Notes under the pieces: generated by a model
What the model saw: the letters and a program-made list of their open reading frames with translations, nothing else
Databases searched by the model: none
Told to the model about the DNA's origin: nothing
Translations under genes and position numbers: made by a program
In this document: one piece after another, positions 35,600 through 49,178 of the stretch
How positions within the stretch are numbered: position 1 is the stretch's first letter
How the letters are laid out: each line of letters begins with the position of its first letter
From: Azolla caroliniana
Taxonomy: Eukaryota; Plantae; Polypodiophyta
Assembly (NCBI GenBank): GCA_043228905.1
Contig: JBHGNT010000006.1
Span: forward strand, 15,314,001-15,378,000
Direction: 5' to 3'
DNA length: 64,000 bases

Positions 35600-37355
35600 T
35601 GAAAAAGATTATGTGCGGAAGCAATAGAAAACTTAACATAGAAAATACGCAGGTTTAATGGAGAGCTTGAATTTACACAGTACGCGGGAGAGACAAAGAG
35701 AGAGAACACACATAAATTCAATTCAAAATAATACTCAATCTGTACATACACCGTGCTCAGTGAGCACCTTTTATACGAGCCCTAACAATAGGGCTGACAC
35801 AAGTACTGACAATACTTGACCGCTCATAAATGAGCATACTACAGTAACTCCCAAAATTATTCCTTACGGGGAAAATCTTCCCAACAGCCTCGCGGCTTTC
35901 ACACCGATACGGCCATGTTATGCGTACTGATTTACGCACCCAGTCTACGCATTGGGTTATGCATCATATTGTGCACTAATGTTGAGCTTGTCTTTCAACA
36001 CTCCCCCTCAAGCTCAACTTGAGGTTACACTTGCTCCGCCAGATCTACGCTCCAGTTCCTTCTGGCTTCACGCCTCGCTCGTGCTCCTCAACCCGTTCGA
36101 TTCCGTGCGCCTCGACCCTTCCGGTCGGCTTGTCTACTTACACGACCCTTCTCAGTTTCCTTGTTGTTGCGGTGTTGGCGCCTCTTCTGCTGCCTTCTCT
36201 TCCGCTTGGCCCTTGGTTGATTCAACATATCCGAATCAAACATCCGAACCGACTCGGCTTCCTCCGATCGGTTTTCGCTGTCGTCCGAGTTGGTTGTCTC
36301 CAACTTGTCTTCGGTCTTCTCGCCCTTGATGGCTTCGTCTCCCCCACGCTTGGTTGGCTTCGGCTCTTCCTTTCGATTGCTCCCCTTATGTCTACTTCCG
36401 ATGGATCCGCCCTCGGCTTCTTCAGCCAATCCGAAATCGAATTCGTCATTTGACTCGGCGTCACAGTCTTTTCCGCTCCTTTCCTGATCCCTTCCGTGAT
36501 CATCATGGATGTCTCTCCCCCTCAAGTTCGGCATGTCGAGGTGACGCAAGCCAAGCACACCCGAGAATTGCCGCAACTTGTCCAGACCAAGAGGGTTGGT
36601 GAAGATGTCGGTGTTCACCCGATTCGTCGGAACATACTGAAGTTCGACATATCCGGAGAGGACACGCTCACGAACGAAATGTTAGTGCACCTCAATGTGC
36701 TTAGTCCGGGTGTGGAAGACGGGGTTCTGAGCTAGCTGGATGTTGTTGAAGTTGTTGCAGTTTATTGTCGTTGGATCGGATACGTCCACCTGAAGATCCT
36801 TAAGTAGCCGCTTCAGCTATATGGCTTCGCATGTCATCACAACCGCTCCTCTATACTCGGATTCGGTGCCGGACAACGCAACTATCGGTTGCTTCTTGCT
36901 ACTCCACGCGATTGTGGCACTCCCAAGAGAGAACGCAAAACCGGACGTGGATCGATGATCGCCAACGTTTTTGGCCCAATTAGCATCGGTGTAACCGACC
37001 AATTGCGTGACAGTATCAGTTTGAGATAGTAGGCCCCGGTCATTAGTGCCACCGACGTACCGGAGTACGCGTTGTGCGCATTGAAGATACTCCTCAGTCG
37101 GTCGTGCCATGAACTGACTAATCACCCCGATCGGGTAGTTGAGATCTGGTCAAGTGATGGTCAAGTATATAAGGCTTCCGACTATCTGTCAGAACCTCGT
37201 CGAGTCGCATTCCTTTCTGGAATCAGGGCAAAGCTTGACGGTTCTATCCAGAGGATTCTAGACGGACTTACAGTCGGCCATCCCGAATTTGAAGAACATA
37301 TTCAGCACGTAATACCGTTGGCTGATCAGTATGCCTTTGAGGGTGCGGATCACTT
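35600..37355 (-). mobile_element. Element G: 3' fragment of an F-family Copia (RT end, RNase H, extension, PPT, 3' LTR 35600-36000)
   Basis: LVGYTDANW, IAWSSKKQP; ctccccctcaag PPT at 36001; LTR similar to the F and I LTRs. Confidence 0.88.
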
Positions 37356-37488
37356 TTAGGTGTTTCTACCTCATGCTCATCTACCTTTGTTGGTGAAAGT
37401 CAAAGCATGTCATATATGGGTGGTGGTAGTTGCCAACCATATCCACTAGCAATTATAGTGAAACAACAACCATTGTGTAAAGGACATT

Positions 37489-40400
37489 GTGCTCAGTTAT
37501 GAGTATTGAAGTATGTGTCAGTACTTCTGTCAATTCGTATGGGCTTGTATAAAAGTGCTCCTTGAGCACATCCTATGTACAGAGAGTTTTTACACATTAT
37601 TTTGAATTCAGTTTCTTCTGTGTGTTATTTACCTCCCCGTCTTTCCCACGTGCATCGTGTCTTAAGCTCCCCAGTTGTGTCCTCTTGTTGGTATTCTGTG
37701 TGTCATATAGCTTCCGCACGTTACGTTTTATATGCTATCAAAGCGTGAGGGTTGAGAACCTCTGCAACCGATTTCAGCTCTAAACACACACACAAGAAAA
37801 ACCTAATCTCGGTGAAGAAGAGAAAGGAAAAAATGGATAGAGGTATGGCTAGCTTGCTTCCAAGTGAGAAGCTCTACAGAAGTAACTACACATCTTGGTC
37901 ATACAAGATGCACTAATACCTGCTCGGATATGGATACTGGAGCTATGTCAATGGAGCGAATGATGCAGCACCCGAATCGACACATAGAGACTTCCCAGCC
38001 TGGGAACAGTCGGCAAGCAGAGTTCTCTACTGCTTCATGTCCTATGTGAGCGAACAACTCTTGAGCTACGGATGCAAGAACGCCGAAGGATGCTTGGGGA
38101 AATCTGAAAAAGATTTTTGCCGTGATAAAGTATACTTGAGACTCCCTCGCCTCCATCAATGTGAATGTTGAGGAGGGTGAAATGGTGCAGATCTGCCTCG
38201 GATTATTGGCGTCGAAGTTCGGAGAATTCCGAACTGCTATTTGTACAAGGGAGAATACGCCGTCGTTTTTCAACTTGTAGTCGATGTTCCTTGTAGAAGA
38301 GAATCACGTGGGTGCGTCGATGAGTACGCACACCGAAAACAAGATGTTGTACACGGAGGAAGATAGGCCCCGTGGTCATGGTGGAAGCGGCGGGCAATGG
38401 AGGCGGACGAAAAGAGCAAGGAAAAAGGTATCGTGGGGATGTCGACAGCAATTCTGGACCTTCCGGAAGCAGGGGGGAGTCGAGGAGGCGACGAGAACCG
38501 GCAAGGGAAACACATCGTGGAATGTTGGTATTGTGGCAAGAAAGGCCACAAGGAGAGCGAGTGCTGGAAGAAGCGTGCCAATTCGGAGAAAACCGGATCC
38601 GGATCTGGATGGACCGAAGAAGGAAATTGGTAGTGGACGTACTACGCCGAAGGATCCGAAAAAATCGGAATGGGGGCAGCCTTCGTGACAAGACATGAAG
38701 TGAACTAGATGAATAAGACCACCCCTAAATCGAATGAAGTGTGGTACGTTGACTCCGAAGTGTCAAACCATATGACAAACCATAAAGAGTGGTTCTCATA
38801 TCTGGAAAAACCGAGAGTAGTCGCAACAGGAGACGACACTTAGCATCCGATCGTACATGTCGGTGAAGTTCACCTTAGCCACGTCGGGAAAAAGGGGAAG
38901 CTAATGAACGTGTTACACATCCCAACAATTACGAAGAATCCGGTATTGGTTGGACAGATCATCGACCAAGGGATGCAAGTCCGGTTCACGCATCTCAACT
39001 GCTTCATCGAGGAAGAAGGCCAAGTTATTATGCGAGGGCGTAGAGATGGGAGGATGTTCATCCTTGACACCAATGATGTAGGCACCGCCATGTTCGTGAA
39101 AGGGCAAAAAGTCAAGTCGGATATGGACTTGTGGCATAAGCGAATAGGCCACGTCAACTACCAAAGGCTTCAGGTCTTGTAATCGAAACAAGTTGTGTTT
39201 GGATTCCCGAAATTCAGTGGTTGAAAGGCCCAGATTTGTGAAGCCTACTAGCTAGGGAAGCAACACCGACTTCCTTTCCCCAATGAGCATAATCGGAGCC
39301 AAAATAAACTCGACTTGATACATTCAGATGTATGGGGACTGGCACAGAATGTGAGTCTTGGTGGGAGTTGATATTTCGTCTCCTTCATCGACGACTACAC
39401 CTGACACACATGGATCTACCTCATCGAAACGAAGAGTGAAGTCTTCGACAGTTTCCGAAACCTCAAAAATCTTGTCAAAAGGGAAAATGGAGGAAGATCA
39501 AGTGCCTGCGGTCGGATGGCGGAAAATAGTACTTTCCCGGCCAATTCAACAGTTATCTGCTACAAATGGGAATTCGGCACGAATTCAGTTGTAGGTATAT
39601 GCCGGAGCAAAACAATGTAGCCAAAAGGAAGAATCGGTCGGTTGTGGAAGCGGCGCGGGTAATGCTGGAAGAAAAGAGCATGCCAAAGTTCTATTGGGCC
39701 GAAGCGGTTTGAACTGCGGTCTACATCTAGAATCGGATCGGCAAGAAAGTGTCGGCACATTAGCTGTATTTCGGAAGGAAGCCAAATCTACGACACTTGA
39801 GGGTTTTCAGTAGCATCGCGTATGTGCATGTGCCGAAGGAGAAGCGGAGGAAGCTGGACTCGAAAACTGAGAAGTGTATCTTGGTTGGCTACTCAGATGA
39901 ACAAAAGGGTTATAAGTGTTGTAACCCCTGAACCAAACAAGCTTGCATAAGTTGCGATGTTGTGTTTGATGAATCCGCGTCCTCGTATTTGCCTCCGACT
40001 CCGGACCCAAACTCCAATTCGAACTCTGAAGATGAGGTCAGCGAGGCTGAGATGCCTCCTCATGAACGTGAAGTTGGAACTCTTGAAGAGAGTCTGATCT
40101 CATTTCGGCTAAGTGGACTGAATGAGCGACTGAGTCGGTTTGACCAGTCAAATGAAGAGCCGGCGAGTAGAGGAGACTCGGTCGCGCATTCCCCACATAG
40201 AAAGCCGAAGAGATGGCTTACACACAAAGAAAAGGGAAAGAAAAAGATGTCAAAGTACCGCATGGATAGGGACGAGTCGGATCGACGCGAATCCGACTCC
40301 AAGAAGAGTGATGACGACGCTCACGGAAAAAGTGGTAGTGCAGCTGAATGTGCTTAGTCCAGGCGTGGAAGACGGGGTTCTGTGCAAGTTGGATGCTGCT

Positions 40401-43400
40401 GAGGTTGTTGTAGTAGATTTTCATTGGATCGGACACCTCCACCTGTAGATCCTTAAGTAGTCGCTTCAGCCATATGGCTTCGCAAGTTGCGACAGCCGCT
40501 CCTCGATACTCGGCTTCTATGCTTGATAGTGGAACTATTGACTGCCTCTTGCTACTCCACGCGATCGTGGCGCACCCAAGGGAGAACGTGAATACGGATG
40601 TGGGTTAGCGATCGCCGGCGTTTCCGGCCTAGTCCGCATCCGTATAGCCGACCAACTGCACGGCAGTACCGGTCCGATATAGTAGCCCCCGGTCCTTAGT
40701 GCCACTGACGTACCTAAGTATGTGTTCCGCGCACTAAAAGTGCTCCTCGGTTGGCCGCGCCATGTACTAACTAATGAAGGAAACCGGGTAGCTAAGGACT
40801 GGCCGGGTGATTCTCAAGTATATGAGGCTTCCGACAATCTGTCGGAACCGATTTGGGTCGTAGACCTTTCCGGAGTCGGGGCGAAGCTTCACGGTTCTGT
40901 CAAAAGGAGTTGAGACAGACTTACAGTACGCCATCCTGAACTTGAAGAGCATACTCAATGTGTAATGTCGTTGGCTTATCAGTATGCCTTCAAGGGTTCG
41001 GATCACTTTGATCCCGAGAAAGTAATGAAGGTCCCCCAGGTCCTTCATATCAAATGATGCTGCAAGCTGGAGCTTTACATGGTCAATTTCACCTAGGTCG
41101 ACGCCGGTGATGACCAAGTCATCAACATAAAGTAAAATACTAACCCGCCTAAGTCGACCTTGCCGGATGAACAATGAAGAGTCCGATTTGGATGTCGCAA
41201 ATCCCATCCGACGCAATCGTTGCGTGATCTTCGCGTTCTAGGCACGCCTAGCTTGCTTTAGTCCGTAAAGGGACTTCTTCACCCGGCATACTGCCGAAGT
41301 GTTCGTTCTGGAGTGAAATCCAGGGGGTTGTACCATGCACACTTGTTCCTCAAGCTCGCCTTGCAGGAAGGCATTCTTTACATCCATCTGATGTAGGTGC
41401 CACCCCTTCGTTGTAGCTACTACAAGCAAAACACAAACGGTCGTCATCTTCGCGACTAAGGCAAACGTCTCATCGTAATTGATGTCGTGTTGCTACGCGT
41501 AGCCTTTTGCTACTAATCGGGCCTTGTATCGGTTGACCGAGGCTTCAGTGTTGTACTTGACCTTGTACACCCACCTACATCCAATCGACTTTACACCCTT
41601 GACGGCATCAACCAGGTCCCATGTTTCATTATCCGCAAGTGCGTTCATCTCTTCCTCCATGGAAGCACGCCAAGTCACGTCCTTTGCCGCTTCTGCGTAG
41701 CTCTCCAGCTCACGTACTTCCGCTATGCGTGTCATGTATGCATAGTGATGCACCATGTACTCGTTGTATTTGAACCGCACAACAGGGTTCTTCTAACAGG
41801 TAGATCAGCGTAATTGCGCATTAGCCAATGTTGAGGCCGTTCTGGCCGACGCGGACTTTGCTCTTGAAGGCCATGGTGAAGTCAAACTTCGATATGTTCC
41901 GACAGATCGGCAGAACACCGACATCTTCACAAAGCCCCTTGGTCTAGACAAGTTGCGGCAATTCTTGGGTGCACTTGGGTTGCGGCACCTCGACGTGCCA
42001 AACTTGAGGGGGAGAGAAGTCCCACAAGACCACGGAAAGGAGCAAGAAAGGAGCGGAAGTGACCACTTTCATGAAAATCCGTCACTATGTGCGGATCGTG
42101 AGGCGCAACCGCCGGGGTTATTGATGGGAAGGAAACAGGGCTTACACACACAACACAAGGAATGCTTACACAAACAAGGCACGAGTATTAGAACGTGTTT
42201 GTGAAAAGGAGAGGTGCATGGGCAAGCCCGAATCAACCCCTAGTCACAAGGCAAACGAAGGCACGTGAGGAAGGCTTACACACAGACACACAAGGAAAAG
42301 GCTCGAATGCCTTTGTGAAAAGAGAAGTGCATGGGCAAGCCCGAACGCTCCCTTATTACAAAACACGCGAACACACAAGCAAGGTTTATACACGGGAGAC
42401 ACAATTTCGAACGCCTTTGTGAAAGGAGAGGTGCATGGGCAAGCTTGAACGCTCCCTTGCCACAAGTCGCACGAACACACAAGCAAGATTTACACTAACA
42501 CGCAAGACACGTAAGTTTGAATGCGTTTGTGAAAGGAGAGGTGCATGGGCAAGCCTGAAACGCTCCCTTGTCACAAGACACACAAACAAATAAGCACAAA
42601 TGACGATAACAAATAAGCACAATCAAGATTTACACATAAGACAAGTAGATGAAAGAAAACATTAGTTTATATCAATATAATAGATTCTTTTATAATATAA
42701 GAATCATGGTACAATGGGTTGGATGCGAATATGAAGGATTGTTCATAAATGAATGGGGGAAGAGAGGTGGAGGAAAGAAGAGAGTGGAGTATAGAAGGAG
42801 TTTCTTTGTTGATGATGCCTCTCGATGTTGTTGTTCCTTCTTCTTCCATTTTCCAATTGAGTAGAGCTTCCGCATTCCTTCTCCCTCCCCCCCTTCTTCA
42901 CTAGAATAGGCTCTTATTTATAGGTTTAGGATTGCTTGCCTTTTTCCCCTAAAAAAAAGCTTGTCTATATGAGTCAACTTTTCTTTTCCTCACTATTTCT
43001 GTTTTCTGCCCCAAATTTATATCCAAGATATGCTTGGAAAGCTCTTTGGGTTAGCTTTCTTATGCATCTTTTCTTTTCTAATTTGGACATCTAACGAGGA
43101 AATTATGAGCTTTTTTCTCTACTGTACTCCTCATATCCAGACGTGTTTTTTTTTCTTTCTCTCCATCTTTTTCTCTACTTTTGTCTACTTTTGAAAACCG
43201 CCTCTAACTTAATATTCATCATTATTTATTGTATGGTTCAATCCTTTGACCATTAATTATAAGGAAGTATCTTTGGAAAATGTAAAAGTATTTTTTCTAT
43301 CAATAAAGTTGACTTCACAATACTAGTTTATTTAAACTACTATTTTACTTCTTTTCGAGGGTGGTTTCACACTGTGTTAGAAACATCACAACACCGCGAC

Positions 43401-44251
43401 AACAAATCGGATGACGAATTCGATTTAGTGTCGGTTGAGGAAGCTGAAGGCGAATCCACAGAAGAGTCCGGAAGCGGATAAGAGGGCAGCAGTCGAAAGA
43501 AAGAGCCAGAGCCAACCAAACATGGGGAAGATGAAGCCAACAAGGGAGAGTAGGCCAAAATTGAGGACGAATTGGAGAAAGCCAATTCGGACAAAAGCAG
43601 AGATAGCCGATTCGGCTCAGATGTTTGACTGGGAGACATTGAATCAACTGAAGGCCAACCAGAAGAAAGGGCAGCAGAAGAGGCGCCAAAACCGTGACAG
43701 CAAGGGAGCTCGAAAAGGCCGCACGAGTAGACAAGCCGACCGTAAGGGTCGAGGCGCGCAGAATCGAATAGGTCGAGGAGCGTGAGCAAGGCAGGATGTC
43801 AAGAGAAACTGGAGCGAAGGACCAGAAGAGCCTCAAGTTGAGCTTGAGGGGGAGTGTTGAGATACAAGCTCAACATTGGTTGGAATGGTGCGCAAACCGA
43901 CGCGTAAACCAATGCGCAACAAGAGGCCGGATCAGTGCGGAAACCGGGAGGCCGTTGAACAGATATTCCGCGACGGAATATATTTGGCAGTTACTGTAGG
44001 TGCTCAGTTATGAGCATTGAAGTACGTGTCAGTACTTCTGTCAGTCCATATGGACTTGTATAAAAGTGCTCCCTGAGTACATCCTATGTACAGAGAGTTT
44101 TTACACATTATTTTGAATTCAGTTTCTTCTATGTGTTATTTCCCTCTCTGTCTCTCCCCCGTATATCGTGTCTTAAGCTCTCCATTAAACCTATTGTTTC
44201 CTCTTGTTGGTATTCTGTGTGTCATATAGCTTCCGCACGTTACGTTTTATA
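37489..44251 (+). mobile_element. Element I: F-family Copia with a truncated 5' LTR, an internal inversion and a nested solo LTR
   Basis: Partial 5' LTR 37489-37732, degenerate PBS tgctatcaaagc; gag with CWYCGKKGHKESEC; IN on plus; RT/RH on minus (40317-41875); 3' LTR 43855-44251. Confidence 0.9.
42067..43393. mobile_element. Solo LTR related to C, with four ~110-bp internal tandem repeats
   Basis: Starts tttcatgaaaatccgtcactatgtgcggatcgtgagg, like the C LTR; ends catcacaaca; TSD ccac/ccgc; repeat core gtgaaa.gagaggtgcatgggcaagc at ~42200, 42315, 42419 and 42529. Confidence 0.85.
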
Positions 44252-45832
44252 CCTTCCAAGACAAGGTTTGGTGTGATGTACCTTGTCATACAACGTTTGT
44301 TCAAAGTTTTGCATCCTCTTGAGCAAACAGTGGTGAGTGACATGTGGAGGTCTTGGTTAGATTGCAATAAGCCAGATGCCATGAATGTAAAGAACTACAT
44401 CCTTGATCCTACAACTGAGTCCTCGTTTCAAGTTGTTTTGACCCTAATGGCACCATTATATAGTGTTTTACGACTTAATGATAGGGAGGTATCCACTATT
44501 GGTTTGTTATATGAGTTTATGCGAAGAAGCAACGATGTTTTAGCAAAAGGAGTGGAAGAAAACATCCCCCACAAATCCAAGTAAGTTTCATATTTATTTA
44601 ATTTGTTATGGTTTCCTAGCATTAAACCTTCAAATGTTTGCTCATGTTTTAAGATCAGATCATTTTGTAATACCCTTTTAGGTATGAAGATGTTTTGAAG
44701 TTATTTGACATACGATGGAAATGGTTCAAGAGGCCAATCCACCTTGTAACTCATTTGTTGCATCCGATGTGGAGAGAGGAGGCTACATTTATTAACCCCG
44801 AGTTAATGGATACATGGATGAGCTATACAGAAAAATTGTACTCAACACTTGAATGTGATATCTTATTTCGTGAATTTCATGAATATCAAAATGGTACGGG
44901 GACATTTAGCTATGCATTAGCACGTCAGGAGATATCTATGATGACGCCAGTCATATGGTGGGAAAATTTTGGTGGAAGAACTCCAAAGCTCCAAGCATTA
45001 GTTGTCCGCATATTATCCCAAGTAAGTCTCAAGTGTTGAAAAAATGATCAATTTTATAGTTAAGACCTAAAATAGCGCACTTTTGTGTGTAACTGCATTT
45101 TATTTCATATTTTGTTTTTTTATTAGGATTGCTCTTTTGGGGCAGCGGAAAGGAATTGGAATCCACATGCTCTCGCACAAATAAAAAATAGAAACAGACT
45201 AAAGCTAGCACAACTTGAACGATTGGTATGTGCGAGAGAACTTAAGGCTAGTTCGCAAGTTTGAGACTGTGAATGCATCTCCAATGTAGGTATTGTTTTA
45301 TTCACTTTTTATAATTTATATTCCTCAAATTTCGTTAGTACTAGTAACTAGTTACTGCCATTAACACATTAGTTTGTGATACTTAGAAGTTAAAGCTTTT
45401 ATAAACTTGTTTGCAGGTGAATCCAAATGAGATAGATGTCTCTAAGACTCCTGATATTCCATCTATTAGGCATGACAATGATATGGATAGAGAATTGTAT
45501 GAAACTTATTTTAAAGAAACAATGAGCATGAGAAGCAGGACAAGGAGCATGACAAGATCACATACGACAACATCAAGCGATGGAGTCCCTACTAATCGAA
45601 TACGGTGACAGAGGCCAAGAAGAGAAGATGAGTGGTCTTCTTGTAATAGCAGAATAACACGATCAAGTACATTTGCTTCTTTACCACTAGATGATCAAGA
45701 TAATGTTAATGCAATAGAAGAAGTAGTTCATACTAATTATGATTATCTTACTGACGAAGAACCTGTGTTGATGTCATCAACTAACACTGAATCTAATGAT
45801 GAAGATGGTGATGGTGATGAGGATGAGATTTA
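44252..45832 (+). pseudogene. C-terminal part of a hAT transposase with spliceosomal introns
   Basis: PSKTRFG, APLYSVLRLND, DIRWKWFKRPIH, PVIWWENFG..P.LQ.L..RILSQ, CS..AAERNW, KNRNRL (hATC dimerisation). GT-AG introns 44581-44681 and 45022-45126 restore the frame; acidic tail. Confidence 0.88.
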
Positions 45833-46350
45833 ATGACTAATACTTCTAATTTCTATACGTTATTATTAAGCTCAATAGCCATATGTTACTTTTCTTTGAT
45901 CTAAGCTCCATTTTGATACATTGGACATAGTTCGAGTTATGTGTTCTTAGAAGTCAAATATCTGATGTTATTTGTTTTTAAGGTTTTTGTTCTAAATTTT
46001 GTTCCTAGAATGCATTCTATCTCTTTGACAAAATGCGATGTGAGGGTATCTCAAATATTTGACGTTATGTGTTCTTAAGGTTTCTTCCAAAACAAAAGAT
46101 GTGGTATTTTCTTCAGTAGGTATGTTGCACTTCTTGTTGTGTTGTTTTTGTCAAAAGTAAGATTTTTTCGTAGAATTTTAGCTTGTCATGACTCATCATG
46201 TGAGGGATATACAATATTTTCTTTGTGGCCTGGGCTGTTGTTTTAAATGCCCAACAAGTTTGGGTTGTTTTTACCTAACAAATATCTATTTGATTTCTTG
46301 ATTTGTATCGTTTTGATTCTCATATTTCCCATCTTTTCTTGGCATCATAG

Positions 46351-47165
46351 ATGGTATCTATCCAGCTGTCAAATATTTAGATTCAACATCTCGCATGCTT
46401 TCACCTCACATCCTGGGTGAAGGACATTATGACTGTGCTCGTGGAGTATAGAAGGTGTTGCAAAGCTACAAGAATCTTCAGGATATCGTTGCCATTTTGG
46501 GTATGGATGAGCTTAGTGAAGATCATGAGATAACAGTTGCTCGTGCCCGGAAAATCCAAGTATTTTTTAGTTAACCCTTCCATGTTGTTGAGGTTTTTAC
46601 TTGCTCACCTGGAAAGTATGTTGACTTGAAGGAGTGTGTTGCTGGTTTTAAGGTGAGTCCTTTATTTAACTTGATCTCAATGTGGGTTGTTTGGTACATA
46701 TGAATGATGATTAGCGGTGTTTGCTCCTGTCAAGCATTTTCTTATTACGATTAGGTTCATTTTGGTTGACATTATCTGGCACAACCCTAATGTAAAATTT
46801 GGTTTAAGTTTGATTGTCTCAAGGGTAAAATAACCATGTCTCAATTCGTTTCAAGTTTAAACCCACTAGAGTTGTATATGTTAATATCAATATATAAATA
46901 GATTTTTTAGGAGGGCAAATTGGTAGGATGTAAATATGCTTTCTTCATAGTGGGTGTTTTGAGAGTGTGAACTTCCTAATATTGTGGGTTCAACAATATC
47001 TGGCACCATCTTTGTAAACACTTTCATGTTCTAAAAATAAAATCCATGATAGGAACAAATGGTGTGCTATACACTAAATACTTTATGTATATTTGTAGAG
47101 TGTTTGGGAAGGCAAATTCGATGACTTTCCTGAATAATCATTCTTCATGGTTGGAGGTATTAAAG
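46351..47165 (+). pseudogene. ATP2: Fragment of the nuclear-encoded mitochondrial ATP synthase beta subunit (two exons plus intron), with stops
   Basis: [51 protein letters not shown]...[25 protein letters not shown]; intron 46653-47098 (GT..AG); then EGKFDDFPE*SFFMVGGI. Confidence 0.93.
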
Positions 47166-48317
47166 CTCTCTTAAGCAAGTATTTTCTTAAGAGATGGTTC
47201 ACACCATTCAAAATCTCACACTTTTTTGTCAATAGTTTGTCATAACTGATCATCAAACCATGACACAATGAAGAGGAATAAATTTGAGAGGGACTTGTTT
47301 GGAAGGACTTCTTTTCAAAAGAAGGGTTTTGCATGGATCCTATATGCATTGTGTAGAAGAAATGAGCTGCTACTATATATTAAAAAACTTAGCAAAGGTA
47401 GGATAATAATGATCCGTTCTTGTTGTTACTGCTACAGTGGATGATATTATGTATTGTCTTTTTACAACATGTGTTTTGATTAAAAACTTGGTAGTGTTAT
47501 GGATTTTACCTCAGGGATTGGACAATTCTACATTTTAGCTTGTTGATTTTCTTGTTGATTTTCTTGTTGATTTTCCTACATAGCCTTGCCTTGTAAAGTT
47601 CATTAGCCTAGCTCTACTAATGTTTCATGTGTGTTTGGTTTGATCCAAAGGGCTGAACACCACACAGTATTTGTCTGTGCTTTTAGAGAAATAGTGTTGT
47701 CTAGTGCTTCCAGACAAATAATGTTGTATGTGTTAATAATAAATGTTGTAAGTGAGGTGAAGTATATCTTGCTTCTTGACATCTTGGAAATATCCTACCA
47801 TTGCTAGAGAGGTGTTAGGAGGCCAACTCTCATACGAGCTCCTTGTAGTTCATTCATGTGGCTATATATTAGACCCACCTTTGAATCTGATACATTTTCT
47901 TTATTAAAAACTTTTATGAGCCACTTGTGATGTTGCAGTTATAACTGTAGATTGTAAATGGTTTCCCAACTTTACTGGTGTGGAAATTGTCATACCTCAA
48001 GTAACTAAGAAGTCGTGTACGTATTTTTGTACTAAAGTGATAGGCCTGCTCAATTTGCCCTTTAATACTTGGAAACTTTTAAGATGCAACTCCAGCTATG
48101 GAATCCTTCGTTACATTGCATACACGGTTACAATATTACAAATATTTTTTAGGAAGGTAAATAAATTTCAAATTTTAGAAGTATTTAATGTACTATACGT
48201 ATTTTATGTATTTTATAAGTATTTAACATATTAAAAAACGTATTTAACGTATTTTTAAATTGGGAGGTACTATACCCATATTATTCCGTACCGTACCTAA
48301 CGTACCTAACAACCATG

Positions 48318-49178
48318 GTTTCAACATAGCTCGCTACATCTTTGTAAACACCCGGCCACCAATACTTCTCCTTGAGCTTTACAAAAGTTGCCAATATAAC
48401 TCGATGACCTGCCCACACACTATCATGAAATTGAGCAATTAGCGTTTGTTGGTCTTGTTTCTTGCACACCACTCGAAGTGGAGTTCCATTCTTCCTCTTT
48501 GGAAACTTCCATAGATGTCCTTCTCTTGAGGAAGAACTTGTAGGCCTTCTTCCTAATTCGGTAGAAGTCTTCCTTTGACCATGATTCATCCTTTGTAAGA
48601 GAGTTTAAGTACTTGCCAATTTCGATGAATTCACCCTCATAATCTTCAACTTTAAACACCGCTAGCACCCGAGCACAAGAAACTGTAAAGAAGTTTAGGC
48701 CAACATCCTCTTCATTGGAGCGCGGATCTTCTTCACCCCCCTACCTTGCCCTTGACAACATATCGGTCACCACATTATGCTTCCCAGTTATATGTCGAAT
48801 CTCGGGGTTGAGTGACTTGATATAGGCAATCCATCGTAGCATAGCAATATCCGATGTAGCATAACCCGAGAATAGGTAGACAATTGGTTTAGATTATGAC
48901 TTCCGTTCTGATAAGGTAGTTGCGATCGGTTTTAACCGTGGATACTATCCCCCATAGCTCTCTTTACTTGGGCGTACTTTCTTTTGTCTTTGTCTTTTTG
49001 GTTAATCACCCATCCAATTCCGGTTGGACTCATATCCACTATCACATATATTGGGGTACCTTTGATGTAGTCAACTTTGCACAATGTTGGAGCTTCCAAT
49101 AATAGTTTCTTCAACTTTTGAACCGTGTAGGTATGCTTCTCTTTTTCAAACTTCTTCCTTTTCTTTAGTAGTCCATCC
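48318..49178 (-). pseudogene. pol: RNase H-integrase fragment of a C-family Gypsy
   Basis: KKLLLEAP, PIYVIVDMSPTGIGWVINQ, FHDSVWAGHR, KLKEKYWWPGVYKDV; colinear with C ~9820-10770. Confidence 0.88.

Larger units (their letters stand above)
44252..48317 (+). mobile_element. Probable 3' portion of a hAT DNA transposon ending at ...aacaaccatg
   Basis: Transposase remnant; clustered (a/c)cgta subterminal motifs 48190-48305; sharp junction to Gypsy integrase sequence at 48318. The 5' TIR and TSD are not seen. Confidence 0.55.

Noticed and set aside
35952-36453. Antisense ORFs over the Copia extension (also 43345-43836)
   Set aside because: S/L/P/F-rich shadows of a purine-rich sense frame, with frames not consistent between copies.
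37356-37488. Filler between G and I as a possible hAT N-terminal piece
   Set aside because: Too short, with no recognisable motif.
42190-42600. CRISPR-like repeat-spacer array
   Set aside because: The spacers are homologous to one another, the array lies inside a eukaryotic solo LTR and there are no cas genes. It is an ordinary LTR tandem repeat.
43230-43255. ggttcaatcc as a B-box in the 42067-43393 solo LTR
   Set aside because: One base short of consensus, with no A-box at tRNA spacing.
46351-47165. Functional ATP synthase gene or organellar DNA insertion
   Set aside because: Only C-terminal exons with several stops are present, and the spliceosomal intron shows a nuclear origin.
47250-47400. 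Possible second captured exon ending in aag|gtagga
   Set aside because: No recognisable protein motif; it needs a database search.
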